Shown here one piece after another: positions 18,390-20,000 of a DNA stretch of 20,000 bases. The notes beneath the pieces were generated by a model. That model was not told where the DNA came from. It saw only the letters and a program-made list of their open reading frames with translations, and did not search any database. This stretch comes from an uncultured virus (IMG/VR IMGVR_UViG_3300037137_000232) (taxonomy: Duplodnaviria; Heunggongvirae; Uroviricota; Caudoviricetes), in the IMG/VR virus record IMGVR_UViG_3300037137_000232; one strand, written 5' to 3'. How positions within the stretch are numbered: position 1 is the first letter of the stretch; each line of letters opens with the position of its first letter. Position numbers and translations under genes: made by a program.

Positions 18390-18836
18390 TTAGCCTCCGA
18401 GGTTGATGTTGATCTGGAACGCATTTCCTACCCCGCCGGGACCGTCGCCTTTCGGCTCATAACCAGCCCAACGGACAGTAGCCTTGATGAGATCAGCCTT
18501 GATGGCTGACGGTGTGGCATCGTTGTGGATGATCGCCCACGATTTCTTCAGCAGTTCCTCGGCCTGTATCCGGGCCTTGATGCGGAATGACATGCCATCC
18601 TTGCGCAGCATCTCCTGCGCGCCCGCGTACGCCTGCGCGAAGAGAGGGTCATCGACGAGCTTCAAGAACTCGGCACGGTCGATGTTGTACGCAGCGCAGA
18701 TTTCCGGCACAGGTGCGGTGCGCATGGCAAGTTCGATGGGCAGCATCGGCGGGAAGCCGAGTTCGGCCGGATCGAACGGCTTAACCTGTGTGGTGGCGAG
18801 GGCAGTGGACTTACTCATAGGGGTTGCGACCGTCAT
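18390..18836 (-). CDS. terS: probable terminase small subunit
   Basis: 142-148 aa (alternative ATG at 18818 overlaps the upstream stop as ATGAGTAA). HTH-like N-terminus (VPEICAAYNIDRAEFLKL), helical middle and C-terminal beta strand FQININLGG typical of TerS; near the head of the late operon. Confidence 0.7.
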   Translation of the reverse strand: MTVATPMSKSTALATTQVKPFDPAELGFPPMLPIELAMRTAPVPEICAAYNIDRAEFLKLVDDPLFAQAYAGAQEMLRKDGMSFRIKARIQAEELLKKSWAIIHNDATPSAIKADLIKATVRWAGYEPKGDGPGGVGNAFQININLGG

Positions 18837-19068
18837 TGGACGCTCGTATCCGGGTCAGGTAGTCGGAGCGCATCTCGCGCACGGTGTCGGGGTGCGCCTT
18901 GGCCCACAGGCGCTGTCGTTGCGCCGCGCACTTCTTGCAGTAGTAGTGCAGGCCGTCCTTGGCTTGACGGTTGCGGCCGAAAGCAGTGACAGGAAGCGTC
19001 TGCTCGCAGGAGGAGCAGCACTTGGAACGACTCGAAGTGCTTCCAAAGCCGGTCAGTAGGTTGGCCAT
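18811..19068 (-). CDS. stand-alone zinc-finger protein (CxxC...CxxC), similar to the N-terminal domain of phage HNH/EndoVII-type endonucleases
   Basis: 85 aa, KCCSSC...LP...F.RN...KDGL...CKKC followed by a basic helix; no nuclease domain follows. Confidence 0.7.
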   Translation of the reverse strand: MANLLTGFGSTSSRSKCCSSCEQTLPVTAFGRNRQAKDGLHYYCKKCAAQRQRLWAKAHPDTVREMRSDYLTRIRASNDGRNPYE

Positions 19069-19076
19069 GGACGGTC

Positions 19077-19104
19077 AGCATACACAAGCTGTAGGGGAAT
19101 GCAA
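19077..19104 (-). promoter_or_regulatory. putative sigma70-type leftward promoter for the late operon
   Basis: Minus strand TTGCAT-N16-TATGCT, ending 8 nt before the ATG at 19068. Confidence 0.5.
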
Positions 19105-19140
19105 GTGCTGTTAGTCTAGGGGTGGTGGGACACATTTTCC

Positions 19141-19157
19141 ACAACCAAATTGGTTGT
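19141..19157. repeat. 17-bp inverted repeat
   Basis: ACAACCAA-A-TTGGTTGT. Confidence 0.85.
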
Positions 19158-19247
19158 ATTGGTTTGGGCTGACATTTTAAGTGAGGTATGGGGGTGAGAG
19201 TACCCCCCGTCCTTGGCCGAACCCCCTTGGGGGGTCGTATGTCGTAA

Positions 19248-19281
19248 AAGCATGCTTCCTAGTGTCTGAGCATGCTCAGAC
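19248..19281. promoter_or_regulatory. paired palindromes sharing the core AGCATGCT (candidate operators)
   Basis: AAGCATGCTT (19248-19257) and the perfect 18-mer GTCTGAGCATGCTCAGAC (19264-19281); centres are 20 bp apart. Confidence 0.5.
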
Positions 19282-19307
19282 CTCCCGCAATGGCACAACC
19301 TAAAAGA

Positions 19308-19335
19308 TTGACAATGCCTGCCATTAGTGTATGAT
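19308..19335 (+). promoter_or_regulatory. sigma70-type rightward (early) promoter
   Basis: Consensus TTGACA (19308-19313)-N16-TATGAT (19330-19335), upstream of an AGGAGA RBS and the ATG at 19389. Confidence 0.75.
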
Positions 19336-19388
19336 TGAAATTGTGGGACGGCGCGGCGACCGATTCGCCGCATTGCTAGGAGAATGAA

Positions 19389-20000
19389 ATGGCGAAAGCC
19401 AAAAGCAACAGCAAAAGCATCAAGCAAGCAGTCGCGGTATGTTTCGGCCTCATCTACCCGCAGCTGACGGACGCGGCCGCGCAATCGACCGAGAATGCCG
19501 CGCGCGGAACTACGCGAAGCAAAGCATGCGTGGCGGGTATCGCCACACTTCGCGCGTCCATTGTGGACGCGGCCGAGTACCACGCGGCATGCGTGGAATT
19601 GTTCGGGAACGGCCTGAAGAAAAAGGGTGAACGGATTGCTGGTACGCTGTCGGAAAAGCTCAAGGCCGACGGAGTGACTGCGATTACGTCGCATACCTTG
19701 CTGTTCCAATGCCGCAAGGTTTCGGGCGATTGGGACAAGGCTGACGTGCGCAAAGCGGCGGAAGAATCCGGCCTACGCGCGGGTTACGATGCGACGAAGC
19801 CCCCCAAGGTCGAGACCCCCAAGGTCGAGGCCAAGACGGCAAAGGTCGTAACACTGCCGGAACTGATCGCCGAAGTCACGGCAACACTCGGTGGATTGGC
19901 GACCGTGGCGAAGATGATGGAATCGGCCTGTATCGCGCGCAAGGATTCGATTCGCGCGCAGGTCTGTCACGACTTCGCGGTCAAGTTGACCGCCGCGTCC
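19389..20000 (+). CDS. probable early gene, hypothetical protein (3'-truncated by the window, at least 204 aa)
   Basis: ATG at 19389 with AGGAGA RBS; frame is open to the window end (MAKAKSNSKSIKQAVAVCFGLIYPQLTDAAAQ...). Absent from the ORF track because no stop falls in the window. Confidence 0.85.
   Translation, partial: MAKAKSNSKSIKQAVAVCFGLIYPQLTDAAAQSTENAARGTTRSKACVAGIATLRASIVDAAEYHAACVELFGNGLKKKGERIAGTLSEKLKADGVTAITSHTLLFQCRKVSGDWDKADVRKAAEESGLRAGYDATKPPKVETPKVEAKTAKVVTLPELIAEVTATLGGLATVAKMMESACIARKDSIRAQVCHDFAVKLTAAS

Noticed and set aside
19116..19709. 197-aa minus-strand ORF (also 19454-19753 and 19773-19970)
   Set aside because: Antisense to the well-supported plus-strand gene at 19389; the 197-aa ORF also crosses the promoter/palindrome region.
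1..20000. CRISPR array, tRNA, integrase/transposase, reverse transcriptase/DGR, intron/intein or stop-codon recoding
   Set aside because: No regularly spaced repeats or such genes were seen by eye. Core genes are uninterrupted and of normal length in the standard code, and TAA, TAG and TGA all serve as stops.

Overview
The window is part of a tailed dsDNA bacteriophage or prophage with podovirus-like architecture and an N4-gp56-family major capsid protein. Bases 1-19068 form one tightly packed minus-strand late/virion operon. In transcription order it holds: a stand-alone CxxC/CxxC zinc-finger gene, probable terminase small subunit, a 1.6-kb cassette of six small translationally coupled genes, terminase large subunit, portal, a small conserved gene, scaffold, major capsid, two probable decoration proteins, three small genes, a head-tail adaptor, a 361-aa internal virion protein, a 2356-aa internal/ejected polyvalent protein (zincin HExxH and PLxRFG-like motifs), a holin-like gene and the start of a possible endolysin. 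A 320-bp palindrome-rich intergenic region with divergent sigma70-like promoters separates this operon from a plus-strand, probably early, gene that runs off the right edge and is missing from the ORF track. The most notable element is the cassette between terS and terL. It contains a recognisable Acb2/Vs.4-type anti-CBASS cyclic-oligonucleotide sponge, a DUF3310 protein, a predicted secreted Cys-rich miniprotein with an internal duplication, a 24-aa microprotein and two orphans, so it is a candidate late-expressed counter-defence module. All family assignments come from motif recognition and gene order; no database search was run.
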